A stretch of DNA of 64,000 nt from the human T2T-CHM13v2.0 reference genome, Homo sapiens, in NCBI GenBank assembly GCA_009914755.4, contig CP068257.2:39968001-40032000 (forward strand), in the 5' to 3' direction. Below the pieces are notes generated by a model. It saw only the letters and a program-made list of their open reading frames with translations, made no database searches and was not told where the DNA came from. A program made the translations under genes and the position numbers. Below are positions 13,729-27,770 of the stretch, piece by piece (position 1 is the stretch's first letter; each line of letters opens with the position of its first letter).

Positions 13729-16020
13729 TGTACATACTTTTCAAAAGAAGAAGAAATAGGGTCTCTGAATGCTGACCTGCCCGAGGTTGCACGATGAGTA
13801 AATAGTATGCAAAGCCAGGCCTATGTGGCACCGAAAGCCGACCATATCTTCCATCTCCCTCATTGCATCCGCACTGGAGACTCTTCCAGACAATGCTATC
13901 CATTGACCTCAAAGGCCTTGGGAGGGGCTGCAGCATCCCACTTCACTGACAGCAAATATCCAAAAACTGCAATCGCTGAATCTGGGGATTATGAGCCTCT
14001 CCTGTGGTTGAGTGATATTTTTTTAAGTTGTCATCCAGTACATTGATGGAGCCCATAAACCCTCACTCAGCATCTGAACCAGGTCCCCGGCAGTCACAAG
14101 GTGGCAGCTGCATGAGAGACAGTGGATGGCAGCAGAATTCCTCTCCAGGGATTGCACTTGGTAACACACACCGGCCACACCCAGGGGCTTCACTGTGGAT
14201 TCCATCGAATCCAGGACTCTGGAGATGAGAGGACAACGATGTCACTTGAGTAGGTGGCCCCCAGAGAGGCTCGCCTGTCCTGTCCACTTCTAAGGGGCAG
14301 TGGGGCTGACCTGAAATAAGAAGCCTTCTTTTTGGTATCTCCCCTGACCTGTTTTGTCTATCTCAGGTGAAGGAGGTGTTGCCTAGCAACTGGAGAAGGG
14401 CAATGATGTCCTTGGAATATTCTGTTCCCGTCATTGCGATACTTAACCTGGTTGATCATTAGCACAAAGACTAAGGAGGTGGCAACCTCCTTCCAGAAAA
14501 ACGAGTTCTGTAAAGTCACCATGGGACCGAGAGGGGACTTCTAGTGTGGCTTTGGGAAGGGGTCTAGCTGGCACCAGATTTTTCGGTTCTCAGAAAGAAC
14601 CTTTCCGCTGAAGTCGGTAGCATTCCTTGGTCAAGTGGACAATAGGTGTTAAGAAACTCTTTGAAATATGAGCCATGCCATTTACTTTCTATCTAATCTG
14701 TAAAACTGCAATGCAAATGTGATATTTGTTGGCATGTCTCTCTGGACTTTTATAGCCTTTTTACTTTGTAAGTATATTAAGCAACAGCAAATAATATCTG
14801 TAGGTCCTATGATATAGCATTAATGGGCTTTCTATGTCCTTTTCCATAGAATGTGTTAATCATTTACATTTTAACTAAGGGTTACTGCTGACACCGCGGT
14901 AGAAAGACTTCTCAAAGGGCCATTTCTATTACTGGGTAAATAATCCTAGATAAGCCTTTGCTCACCCTGAGACTCAAGTAGCTTGGAAACTTGAAGGTAT
15001 GCCCTTGGGAAAGTTCGCTTGGCCGCCCTCCTCCCAGAGTAAACCAGCAAAAATAAGAGTGCTTGCTCACACAAAAGAGACTCAGGGTGCTTTCCAAGGG
15101 CTCCAAAGCTCATGGTTCTAGGTTTGAGATAGAGCAAGGGTTGTCTTTGCTCAGTGCTACAGGACAAGCCTCAAGGATTTCATCCACCCTGCAAGTCACA
15201 ATCTCTAAAAAGTGAAGGAAAAGAAGTTACACATATTACTGCTCCCTAGGGAACCACGGTAGAGATGTTGGTGTGATTTCTTTAAATCCTTTTTCTGTAG
15301 TGTGTGTGCTGCTGAGTGCTGGGGTAGGGGAAGGAAACTTCCTTATTCTTTTGATAAATTTGTGGCCGTGTTGTTGGTACAACTTGGCATCCTCCTTTTT
15401 CATATATGAGCCTTGTTTGTGATATAGACATCTTTGCAGAACAAATTGCAAGGGCGGCAATGATAGGGGAGTGAAAGTAATACTATCCTCACCCATTGCC
15501 AAGTTCATGGCTGACACCCCATCACAAAAGACGGATTAACAAGAGAAAAGCATAACAAAGGTATTTAACCGAAGTTTTACATAACACATGAGTCTTCGGA
15601 TATAGAGAGCCCAAAATACAGGGAAAACTGTATTTTTATGCTTAGATTTAATGAAGAAGGGATAGTCATGTAAAAGTGTAATTGGACCAAGAGAAGGTAT
15701 GATTTAATCATAATGAACGACAGGGAACTTAGCAAGGCCTGTTTCTTCAGACTCATCTCCAGGGTCTCTGGGTCTTCATTCCTTTCCTCTGGATGTGGGG
15801 CAGGACACCTGTCACATGAGAGTCTTCAGGAGAGAAGGAAGGGAGGTCACGGACAGAACTTCCTACTTCTGTGGTTTTCCAGCTTCCTCCAGCTTAAAAT
15901 ACTCAGCATCCCAAAGTGCTGTATTTAGGGGTATCCTGCTCCGGGCCCTGACACAATTGTCCTCCTACTGTGAATCCTGGAGATCATTTGCACAATGCTT
16001 CACTATATATTTGCTATATC

Positions 16021-16295
16021 GAAAACCAAACACTGCATGTTCTCACTCTTAAGTGGGAGTTGAACAATGAGAACACGTGGACACAGGAAGGGGATCATCA
16101 CACACCGAGGCCTGTCGGGGGGTGGGGGTAAAGCAGAGGGAGAGCATTAGGACAAATACCTAATGCATGCGGGCTTAAAACCTAGATGACAGGATGTTAG
16201 GTGCAACAAAGCACCATGGAACACATATACCTATGTAACAAACTTGCGCATTCAGCACATGTATTCCAGAGCTTAAAGTAAAATAAAAAATATGT
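16021..16295 (+). mobile_element. L1 3'-end fragment (older L1PA/L1PB-like 3' UTR); its tail is interrupted by an Alu
   Basis: gaaaaccaaacactgcatgttctcactcttaagtgggagttgaacaatgagaacacgtggacacaggaagggg...cctaatgcatgcgggcttaaaacctagatgacag...cttaaagtaaaataaaaaa matches the L1 3' UTR, including its G-rich tract. Confidence 0.85.
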
Positions 16296-16592
<297 letters not shown>

Positions 16593-16738
16593 TTAATAAT
16601 ACTACTAATAATTTGCTGTATCAAAGCAAGGAGGAACTCTAAAAATAATGAAAATAACAAACCGGAATTTAAATTCAGGCAACAGCATGTACTACCTCAC
16701 CAACACTGCAAAGCTCAACTGTTGAAAAAGGTTTTGTC

Positions 16739-17093
16739 ATAAAAAATGATGAGTTCATGTTCCTTTGTAGGGACATGGATGAAATTGGAAATCATCATTC
16801 TCAGTAAACTATCGCAAGAACAAAAAACCAAACACCGCATATTCTCACTCATAGGTGGGAATTGAACAATGAGATCACATGGACACAGGAAGGGGAATAT
16901 CACACTCTGGGGACTGTTGTGGGGTGGGGGGAGGGGGGAGGGATAGCATTGGGAGATATACCTAATGCTAGATGACAAGTTAGTGGGTGCAGCACACCAG
17001 CATGGCACATGTATACATATGTAACTAACCTGCACAATATGCACATGTACCCTAAAACTTATAGTATAATAAAAAAAAGAGAAAAAAAAAAAA
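16739..17093 (+). mobile_element. Young L1PA 3'-end fragment (about 355 bp, heavily 5'-truncated) with poly-A and 15 bp TSD gaaaaaggttttgtc
   Basis: Near-consensus young L1 3' end: aaaaaatgatgagttcatgttcctttgtagggacatggatgaaattggaaatcatcattctcagtaaactatcgcaagaac...gggaattgaacaatgagatcacatggacacaggaagggga...taactaacctgcacaatatgcacatgtaccctaaaacttatagtataataaaaaaaa. The TSD lies at 16724-16738 and about 17095-17109. The trinucleotide in gatgacaAGttagtggg is not the Ta-diagnostic ACA. Confidence 0.9.
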
Positions 17094-18003
17094 AGAAAAA
17101 GGTTTTGTCTCGAGGTTCCCCACGGCTCACGTCTGCTCCCCTGACGTTTCAGGCTGGTGTTTCTGATCCTTTTCCTGATATTCTAAGATGTCTGACAGGT
17201 GTGGACTTTGACTGCTTAGGTCCAATGACCCCAACACTGGGTATAGACGGGATTCCCTGAAGCGGCTTGTCTGTCCTCCTTTTCTCCGGCGGGCTCCAGC
17301 TCCCTTCTGGGTGAAATCCTGGCATCTCCATCGTGCTGTCTCTCTGGAGCTATCAACAAACAGCTCTTGATTAATAGCTGTGGCCACAATAACCTTATTT
17401 CCACAGAGACAAGGACAGAGCTGCCGGCTCCACACCAACACTGTCAGCCGGGTGTGTGCTTTGGTATCAGGTCTCACCCACCGAGTTGCTGGGGTTGAGT
17501 TGTGTCTCCAAAAAGATGTGTTCAAGTTCCAACCCCTGGCGCTGTGCATATGACTTTATTGGAAACAGGATCTTCGCATATATATTCAAGGTAAACTGCA
17601 GTGAGACTGGATTAAGGCAGGCCCTGGTTCAGGATGACTGCCGTCCTTATAGGAAGAAGGAAATCTGGACAGAAACACACAGGGAGAGGCCGTTTGAAGA
17701 TGGAGGCAGAAGCTAGGGTGGTGTGGCCACAAGCCAAGGGGCACCGAGAAGCTGGAAGCAGCAGGAAGGACCCTCCCTCCAGTTTCAGAGCGAGCATGAC
17801 CCTGCGGACACTTACATCTCAAGCTTGTGGCCCCCACACCAGGAATAAATGTCTGTTGTTTTCAGCTGCTCAGTGCATGGTGTTATATTTGTTACAACAG
17901 CCTCGGGAAATTCACACTGGGGTGCTAAAGAGGGAATCTGGGAGCAGCCACTCTGTGACTGCATGCCCTTAACCTAGGCAGTGGGAACCTGACTCCTATT
18001 CTC

Positions 18004-18345
18004 ACACTTCTAATAAAGACATACCCAAGGCTGGGTAATTGATAAAGAAAAGAAGTTTAATGGACTCACAGTTCAACATGGCTGGTGAGGCCTCATAATC
18101 ATGGTAGAAGGTAAAGGAGGAGCAAAAAGGCACGTCTTACATGGTGGCAGGCAAGAGTGCGTGTTCAGGGGAACTGCCCTTTATAAAACCATCAGATCTC
18201 ATGAGACTTATTCACCATCACAAGAACAGCACGGGAAAAACCCACCTCCATGAGTCAATGACCTCCCATCAGGTCCCTCCTACAACACATGGGGATTACT
18301 ACAATTAGAGGTGAGATTTGGGATTTGGGTTGGAACCCAGACCCC
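18004..18345 (-). mobile_element. ERVL-MaLR solo LTR (THE1/MST-like), minus strand
   Basis: taataaagacatacccaaggctgggtaattgataaagaaaagaagtttaatggactcacagttcaacatggctggtgaggcctcataatcatggtagaaggtaaagg...tataaaaccatcagatctcatgagacttattcaccatcacaagaacagcacgggaaaaaccc is the reverse complement of the THE1-type LTR. Confidence 0.8.
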
Positions 18346-18654
18346 TGCCTTTTGGGTCTCCTGGCTCTTGGAGGGACAGAGGAGAGTGAAATTCATTGGT
18401 CAAGAGTGAACTCCTCAGGGTGCTCCTTCTGGGAACTCCAGCAGGGTGGGCCTGGGAGGGGTCTCCCATCTTCCTTCCTCCCAACTCGGTCAACAGCAGT
18501 GCAGTTACTCACCCTCCTACCTTCAACAACTTCTCTCCACTCATCAGAGCAAGCCTGTGGAGCAAGCAGGGACTAGGGTCCCTGCATCTCTGGGCACTGA
18601 CCCCTGCAGACCCCAGACAAAGTCTCCATGGCTCAACACCAGCAGAACAAGTCC

Positions 18655-18835
18655 AAGAAAGAGCAGCTTCATCAGGGAGTGGGAACAGCCTGGGCAACTG
18701 GCCTGGGAGTGGGCAACATCAGGGAGTGGGCAACTAGCCTGGGAGTGGCTACTCCCCAATTAACCTGGGAGTGGGCAACATCAGGGAGTGGGAACAACAG
18801 GGAGTGGGCAACTGGCCTAGCCTGCAGGACACCCT
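18655..18835. repeat. Minisatellite of about 9 copies of a gggagtgggcaac(a/t) core with variable spacers
   Basis: gggagtgggaacagcctgggcaactggcctgggagtgggcaacatcagggagtgggcaactagcctgggagtggctact...ctgggagtgggcaacatcagggagtgggaacaacagggagtgggcaactggcc. Confidence 0.8.
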
Positions 18836-18837
18836 GT

Positions 18838-18965
18838 GGATGTGCGTGTGTGTGGACACATGTGTGTGCCTGTGTACGTGTGTGTTAGCCTGGCCTGCTG
18901 GGTAACATGCGCGTGTGTGTGGACATTTGTGTGTGTGCATGTGTCTTAGCTTGGCCTGCTGGGCC
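18838..18965. repeat. Tandem duplication of a GT-rich unit of about 63 bp
   Basis: gtgtggacacatgtgtgtgcctgtgtacgtgtgtgttagcctggcctgctgggtaacatgcgc is followed by gtgtggacatttgtgtgtgtgcatgtgtcttagcttggcctgctgggccaag. Confidence 0.75.
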
Positions 18966-19536
18966 AAGTCCTGTGTACTAAGGCACCTCCTTCCCAGGCC
19001 CCAGCTGCCCCGCCTTCATGTCCCACTAGGAACCCACAAGGACAGGATCCTAGACCGTGATGCACTCTGGGATAGGATTCAAACTCACACCTCGACTCAG
19101 GGTCAGGGTGGAGACCCACTGTTGCCATGCCTAGGCCGCAGGAACATGACACACAATGCTGGTTCTGCCCCAGGATGACAGCCTGGGACGTTCCTGGAGT
19201 TTGTGCTTTCTGGGTTGGAGGTGGGCGTGGTCGTTGTCTTGGTGTCCCATGCAGCCCTGGGGTATGACAGGAGGAAGGAGAAGATGAAGAGATGACCCTC
19301 ACCAGGGGTGCCCTCTGGGTACCAAGGTCATCTCCAACCCCAACATGTTTTCTTACCTTCGCCAGTCTAGACTTGCCCTCCATGGGTGTCAGTGGGCACC
19401 TACAGTGCAGAGACAGAGGTCAGAGGTTCCCCAGAGCCTAACAGATGGCCAAGGGCATCTCCTTGTCCTGCAGTTACTGTCTGTCAGAGGCTGAATAATG
19501 GCTGCCAAAAGATAGTCACATCTGGATACCTGGAAC

Positions 19537-19962
19537 TGTGAATGTGATGTGACATGGCAAAAAAAAAAAAGACTTTGCAGATGTGATTGAGTTAAAGATT
19601 TTAAGGTGGGGAAATTATCCCGGATTAGCCAGGTGGGCCCTAAATGGCATTGCAAGAGACCATGTGAGAGGAAGGCAGAGGAAGACTTCACTGCAGAAGA
19701 GGAGACAGCGTGGCCATGGAGGCAGAGATGAGGGCAGTGCAGCCACAAGCCCTGGAGAACACTGGTAGCCACCACAAGCTGGGAGGTGTAGGGAAGGACC
19801 TTCCCCAGAGCATCCAGAGGGACCGGCCCTGCCCACACCCTGGTTTCAGCCCAGTGAAACTGACTGTGGACGTCTGGCCTCTAGAACTGTGAGGGAATCC
19901 GTTTCTACTGTTTTAAACCACCCGTTTTGTGGTCCTTTGTCACCGCTGCTGTAGGGAACTCC
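19537..19962 (+). mobile_element. ERVL-MaLR solo LTR, MLT1-like (TGTGATGTGAC... to ...CCAGAACTGTGAG..TTGTGGT..CAGC signature)
   Basis: tgtgaatgtgatgtgacatgg...gactttgcagatgtgattgagttaaagattttaaggtggggaaattatcccggattagccaggtgggccctaaatggcattgcaagagaccatgtgagaggaaggcagagg...tctggcctctagaactgtgagggaatccgtttctactgttttaaaccacccgttttgtggtcctttgtcaccgctgctg. The exact subfamily is uncertain. Confidence 0.7.
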
Positions 19963-20493
19963 TACACCCTCTCCCATCTGGTGGCTGCGAGCCAGCAGAG
20001 CTTAGACCTGCACATGAGGCTCTCCGAGTGCACAGCCTGGGGGAGAGCCCCACCGACAGAACCGCCGCTGCCATGTCAACCTCTTGGCTTTCTGGCTCCA
20101 AATTCTGTCTCTCGGCTCTTACTTGTTGAACCAGAGCAAGAAACACAAAGAGAAAACTGACTTCTAAAACATCTGCATCCGTGTGAGGCAGGCAGACCCT
20201 TGTACTTGTAACTAACAGAAGAACAGATCCCCAGATGGGGAAAGGACTGATTTATCTGAGACGCTCGGGTGGTCGCCAATGCTAACACCGGTGCACTTCC
20301 TCCTGGCATTGTGCAATGTGTTTGTCTTGCGCTTGTGGTTTGTGATGCCTGTGTGCAGGGAGGAGCCCAGACAGGGCACATGGTCATGAGAGTGCCTCGA
20401 GAGGTGGCTTGGTCATTGTTTGGCATTTTGTCACCTGTAAACCCAGGCCAAGAGTCAACGTTGGCTGGGTGGCAATGGGGTTGTTATCAAGAA

Positions 20494-20866
20494 TACTGAC
20501 ATGGTTTGGCTCTGTGTCCCCACCCAAATCTCACCTTGTAGCTCCCATAATTCCCACATGTTGTGGGAGGGGCCCGGTGAAAGATGATTGAATCATGGGG
20601 GCGGGTCTTTCCTGTGCGGTTCTTATGATAGTGAATGGGTCTCATGAGATCTGATGGGTTTAAAAATGGGAGTTTCTCTGCACAAGCACTCTCTTTGCCT
20701 GCTGCCATCTACATAAGATGTGACTTGCTCCTCCTTGCCTTCCACCATGATTGTGAGGACTCCCCAGACATGTGGACTGTAAGTCCAATAAACCTCTTTC
20801 TTTTATAAATTGCCCAGTCTGGGGTATGTCTTTATCAGCAGCGAGAAAACTGACAAATACAAATAC
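20494..20866 (+). mobile_element. ERVL-MaLR solo LTR, THE1-like, plus strand
   Basis: tgacatggtttggctctgtgtccccacccaaatctcaccttgtagctcccataattcccacatgttgtgggaggggcccggtgaaagatgattgaatcatggggg...ccaccatgattgtgaggactccccagacatgtggactgtaagtccaataaacctctttcttttataaattgcccagtctggggtatgtctttatcagcagcgagaaaactgacaaatac. Confidence 0.9.
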
Positions 20867-21820
20867 CAAGAGTAGCAGCATATCTCCAGAGGGTAGCAGT
20901 GTCCAGAATGTGCAAATGGAGTTAGCCTCAGGCCATATCGCCACCTCCACAGCCCAGCATCAGGGAACCACATCTTGGCACCTGCCATTTCCGCAGTGAG
21001 AACATCCTTCATCCAGGTTGTTATGTCACCAGCGTCTCCTTCCTTCATAATTGCACCCAATACCACCTTCTTCAGGAAGCCCACTTAGAGCAAACCCCTG
21101 CATTTTGAGAAAGGCCAAGATCATGGCTAGTGATCAGATTGAGCCTATGGCATCAAGAGGATGGGGGGTTAGCACCAGGCTCTGCCCTCGTCAGTCCCTT
21201 TACCTTCTCTGTGCTACTAGATGTGAGCAGGAAGACCAACAGGATGCACGTCCTGGAGTCAGATGTAATTCACAGAAGGCCTTGAGCACAGGGCTGGCAA
21301 ACAAGCAGTGCACAGTGGGCATCAGTCATCACCGCTGTGTCCAGCTAACTCCACCCTGAATACTCAGGGCTGGCTGGGTAGCCTCTGGGATGACCCTCGG
21401 TGATCGCCTCTCGAAATTTGCTTCCTTGTGTGACTCCTTCTTCATGAGTGGGGCTGGACCTGGTGACTTGCTTCTGATGGACAGAATGCATCAAGAGTAA
21501 TGGAACATCTCTGCTCTAGGTGTCAAAAACCTCTGACTTCCTTCTTGCGGGACTCTCTCTGTATGGCCTTCTCAGCTTGCTCACTTTGGTAAAGCAACAA
21601 GCTGTGTTAGATCCACATGTCGAGGAACTACACAGACAGTCTCTGGCTAACAGCCAGCAAGGAACTGAGACCCTCAGGCTCATAGAACTGGATCCTGCCA
21701 GCAACCACTAAGGAGCCTGCAGAGGGCCCCTGCTTGCTTAAAACTTCAGAAGACTGAGGCCACCACCCACTCCCTGGCTTCAACCTGGAGAGAGGCCCTG
21801 AAGAAGATTCAGCCGAAGCC

Positions 21821-22150
21821 GGACACTGTGGCTCATGTCTGTCATCCAAGCACTTTGGGAGGCCAGGGCGGGGAGATTGCTTGGGTCTGGTGCAACATGG
21901 CGAATCGCCATCTCTACAAAAAAATACAAAAATTAGCCAGGCGTGGTGGTGCACACCTGTAGTCCCAGCTACTCGGGAGGCTGAGGTCCCAGCCGAATCC
22001 CAGCTACTCGGGAGGCGGATCCCTTGTTCAAAAAGCATGAAGACTTTACAGATGGCGACAGCCTCTCGTTGAGCCCAGGAAGAGTCATCTGAGCCGGGGA
22101 GGTGGAGGTTGCATTGGGCCAAGACTGAGCTGAGGATGGAGACAGCAGGG
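21821..22150 (+). mobile_element. Alu SINE carrying an internal about 47 bp non-Alu insert (22021-22067) plus a local partial duplication, and with a degenerate 3' end
   Basis: ggacactgtggctcatgtctgtcatccaagcactttgggaggcc...gtagtcccagctactcgggaggctgaggt[cccagccgaatcccagctactcgggaggcggatc][ccttgttcaaaaagcatgaagactttacagatggcgacagcctctc]gttgagcccaggaag...gaggtggaggttgcattgggccaag. Confidence 0.8.
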
Positions 22151-23249
22151 CTGGGCTGCTTATCCCTGAAATACAACTGGGCCTGTTCAGAAATAGCTGC
22201 TTCACCAAGACCCTCCAAGTGTTCCCCATGGGGCCTTCCCACCATCCAGCAGCTGGAGGGGGAGGTCCTGGCCCGCAGGTGTCCCTGGGAGCCTGCTCCA
22301 GCACATGGCAGTGTCCGTCTGGCTGGTGAGTGCAGGGTGCCACAAGTGGTGAGTTATTACGCATCCTACCCTGGTTAAGCAAAACAGCCACAAAAAACAT
22401 CACCAGCTCTGCCAGCCTGCGATGACCCCCACCCCATGTTAGACATACCCAGTTTGAGAACATCCTGTGTGTGAAGACCCAGTCTGACTTCTGCTCTACA
22501 CCTGGTCCCTTTAAACCTATTGTCACATGGGAGAAGACACCCTCCAGGGTACATGTTCAAGCTGGTTAGGGGGCAGAGGGCTGGGCCTTGGGCCGTGCAT
22601 GGTGGGCATGTGACCCCTGTGGTTTCCCTGCACGGCTGAGTGAGCACTCAGGGGCTGTGGCGCTGGCTGCAGGGTCACGGGCTTGGCACCTTGTTCCACT
22701 GGTCTAACCCCAGACAAGCCCACAGGAGACAGCTTGGAGTGGCTGAATATTTGAGAAAAAGAAAATCTGGCTTCTATCCCAGCTCTGCCACTAATTATTC
22801 ACATCAGTATTTGGGAAAGTCCCAGGACCTCACCAGGCAGAACTCCTGCAGCAGTAAAATGAAGACAGTTAGCTAGCTGGCACCTCACAAATCTTTCCTG
22901 GAACAGAGCCCCACCTGAGGCAGAGGAAAGCCAAGTTGCATCCTGAGTTGTCTCCTCGGAATTGAAACTGTCTTCGAAGACGTCGTGTTATCTCTGAAGG
23001 CTGTGGAATACAGTCATCCTGTTCCATAAACTGTCCATGTTTGCTTTAAAATAAAAAGAAAAGCTTGGCCCCATGACCTTGACGCTGAGAAGACATCCAG
23101 TTTGGTGGCTTGTGGTGGGGTTTCCCCAGGCTGGCCCCACACTGCCCCAGGCTCTTTCAGCCCAGCCCTTCTGTCCCTCCCCTTGGGACAAGGGGTGAAG
23201 GGGAGGGTCAAGGGCTCAACAAATGTCCCATCCTCCACTCTAGTCTGTA

Positions 23250-23430
23250 ACTTAGGGGTCAAGAGGATGACTCCCCGGTACAAGTCCCAGCTCTGTCGCC
23301 ACTGGCTGTGTGACCTCGGGCAAGTCACTTAACCTCTCTGTGCCTCTTTTTCCTCCCACAGAAAACAGAGACAATAATGACATCCACTCAGAGAGTTGTG
23401 AAGCTTAAATGAGCTGCTATGCAACACTCT
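23250..23430 (+). mobile_element. MIR SINE (core region)
   Basis: cagctctgtcgccactggctgtgtgacctcgggcaagtcacttaacctctctgtgcctc...gagagttgtgaagcttaaatgagc matches the MIR core (..ctgtgtgaccttgggcaagtcacttaacctctctgagcctcagtttcc..gttgttgtgaggattaaatgag). Confidence 0.85.
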
Positions 23431-23772
23431 TAGAACCAAGCTGGCAGGTGAGAACGTTCAGTAAGTGTGATGTGCGTTTTGGTTCCTTCTTCCTCCAAAA
23501 TCTCTTTCCCTCCTTCCTCCCCTGTGATCACCGCTGCCTTTAAACTCAAAGAGTCATTTCTCTTCCATTTTTATTTTACCTTTCCCCAATTTTCTTCTCT
23601 CCTTACTTTCTCTCCCTCTTTTTTGTTCTATTTGTGATGTGAAAATGATCCCCGGGGCTGGCGCTCTATATGGAAAGCCTCAAGGTCACACGCCCTTGAC
23701 TACTGGGCCCCAAGTCCAGGAACATGGCCTTCCCAGTCATCAGGAGCTCACCTCGAACACTGCGTGCAGCGT

Positions 23773-23860
23773 GGGGGCACGTCGGTGAGAGAGAGGGGGT
23801 GAGAGGGAGGGGTGGGCACGTCGGTGAGAGGGAGGGGGTGAGAGGGAGGGGTGACCTCCT
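23773..23860. repeat. Tandem duplication of a 40 bp G-rich unit (2 copies)
   Basis: gggcacgtcggtgagagagagggggtgagagggaggggtg | ggcacgtcggtgagagggagggggtgagagggaggggtg. Confidence 0.85.
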
Positions 23861-24491
23861 CCGGGAAGCTTCCTTTCTAGGGAGATGCAGGGAATTGGGG
23901 GTGGGCAATACTCAGAGATCATCAAAATATACCACTAAGTAATGTATATGTTCGTATGTCGTGCGGCTCCTGTGTGCCATGGAGGCTTGGCACACATTGT
24001 CTCTAAGTGGGCTGCACTACATACGACAATATACATTAAAACAATATTTTAGCCCTGAAAATCCTTATTTCTGTGTGTAGAATATCACTCTCCTGGGGGG
24101 GCCTGGAGCGCCCCCTTCCTTCACCCATCTCCCAGCAGCCCCTTAGCTCCCCAGCCCCAATAGAGACTAAGTGGTGGTGGTAGGGGGGCGGGTGTTCACT
24201 CTGTGCTGTCAAGTGAGGGGTGCAGGACCCAAACCCGTACACTTTGCCTCATGCTTTAAAACAGCGCATACTGCCTGCAGCCAACACTGAAAAGACACCA
24301 GCCTGTTACAAGAGATTTTCTCTGGATGTTGGAATTACAGGGTCGATTAGGCTTTTCTCTGTCTTTTGAAGTTTCAGGACATTTCAGGAGGAATATGTAT
24401 ATATAGGTTTTGTATAAAGAACCAGAGCCAGTGAGTTCATACCCACAGCGCTGACACCGCCATGGCAGCTGGGACGCCGTAACGGGGGTGA

Positions 24492-25629
<1,138 letters not shown>

Positions 25630-27124
25630 TAATGTGCCCAGCAGCAAGGCTTGAGGGAGGCATGTCCCACCCAGGAGGATGAAAGCCCAGTCATCCTGCT
25701 GATGTGTCACAGGGAATCTGAGCATTTCCATCCCCAGCTCCCTGCTTTCCGGTCTGCAGTCCCCTCCCTGGGAGCTAGGGCAACCTTCCTTCTTTCTCGT
25801 CTCCTCCCACCCGACCAGGGTCCTGGCTTCTGAGTGAGGGAAGCTCTAGAATCCCTTTAGGCCAGTGCGGGACGAGCCATATGATTGATTCAAGGGGACC
25901 CAGTTCAACGCGAACATGCGGGTCCCTTGTTCAAAAAGCATCAAGACTTTGTCAACGGCAGCAGCCTCGCGTTGAGCCCAGTGCCCAGTGCCGGCTCCCA
26001 GCCCAGGAGGTTGACCTCAGGCCAGGAGCTGACCCTAAAGGAACAGGGAAGAGAGGGATTCAGCTGCCTTGGGGACTGGGGTGTCCCAAACGAGTGAAGA
26101 CCAGCTGTGCCTGCCAGTTCAGAGCAGGCACAGCATAATCGCCCCGGGAGTGGAGGCCGCAGCAGGATTTGGACCGGGTCTGGAGGTTGTTTTCCTCCAT
26201 CTGCAAATGAGGAATGTGAGGCCAAGGATAAAGTTAAGTTGGTGCAAAAGTCATTGTGGTTTTTGCATTAACGTAATAAAAGCTACAGCCATCAATTGTT
26301 GACAGCCAGGCCTCATGTTTTCTTTGTAACCCACAACCCTATTGAGGGCTGCTCCCGTTATCCCATTTTACAGATGAGGAAACTGAGTGGCTACGAGTTT
26401 CCACTCCCAGAAAGAGACGGAGCTGGGTTAGAACCTGGCTCCAGGCTGACTCTGAAGCTGGTGGTACCGCCTTCCACTGCGGTGACCTTCCAGACTCCCA
26501 TTCACAATCTCTTCCCCTCGTCAGCCCAGCCCCTTTCCTAGGCTACAGGCAAGCTCGGGCTGCTCACGCAAGGCCTGCGGGCAAAGACTGGAGGTGCCAG
26601 GCTCCAAGTGGGCAGTGGGGCTGGGATGGAGCTGTGTGCAGGGCGCATGTCCAAAGCCCCTGTACAGTGGCTGGGGGCCAGCCTCAGGCCCAGCCGGCCG
26701 TGGGTGAGCAGAGCAGGCTGCCCTTGCACACAGAGCCCTGTAACCTGATGGAGCAGACTGCTCTTGCACAAAGGGCCCTGCAACCTGAGCCTGTTGACTT
26801 TGGGGAGGAGCCCAAGGGAGCCGAGGCCTCTGGGCGCACACACTGCCGGCAGGGGTTAAAAGCAAGCTGGCCCGGATTTGAAGCGTGTGGAAGCCTGACC
26901 TGAGATACGGGGAGAAGACACCAGCAGCCCCGGGCTTTGTTCTTGGGATGTTTTGGATTGGGATTTCTCAGTCTCCAGTTAAGGAAGTGTGGGGCTCTGT
27001 ACGCTTGAGGTTTCACAGCTATTCCCTGAGAGGGTGTCCGTTCTCCTCCTCGCCTTCCCCTGGAACATCTCTGGTTTTTGCAAATGGCCCCATGTGCTGA
27101 GGGGTGAGGCGGGCACTGGCTCTC

Positions 27125-27385
27125 TCCCTGTGTGCAGGCGTCTTCCCCACTGTCGCAGGCTGAATGGTGGCCCCAAAAAGACACATCCAAGTCCTAAGCC
27201 CCGGTATCTTGGAGGTGACCTTATTTGGGAGCAGGGCCTTTACAGATGGAATCAAGGTGAGGTGAGGTCAGACCTGAGTAGGGTGGGCGCTAAGTCCAAA
27301 GACTCCGGAGAAGCGACAGACACAGAGACAGGAGAAAGGCACGTGAAGGTGGAGGCAGAGACTGCAGTGAGGCAGCCCACGAGCC
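27125..27385 (+). mobile_element. MLT1-like MaLR LTR, 5' part only; truncated by an Alu fragment
   Basis: ctgaatggtggccccaaaaagacacatccaagtcctaagccccggtatcttggaggtgaccttatttgggagcagggcctttacagatggaatcaaggtgaggtgaggtcagacctgagtagggtgggcgctaagtccaaagact...gaaggtggaggcagagactgcagtgaggcagcc. Confidence 0.7.
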
Positions 27386-27386
27386 A

Positions 27387-27416
27387 GGGATTACAGGCGT
27401 GAGCCACCGCGCCCCG
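27387..27416 (-). mobile_element. Alu 5'-end fragment (about 30 bp)
   Basis: gggattacaggcgtgagccaccgcgccccgct. Confidence 0.7.
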
Positions 27417-27446
27417 CTGAGAACTGCTTTTTAAACAGCCAACTGG

Positions 27447-27770
<324 letters not shown>

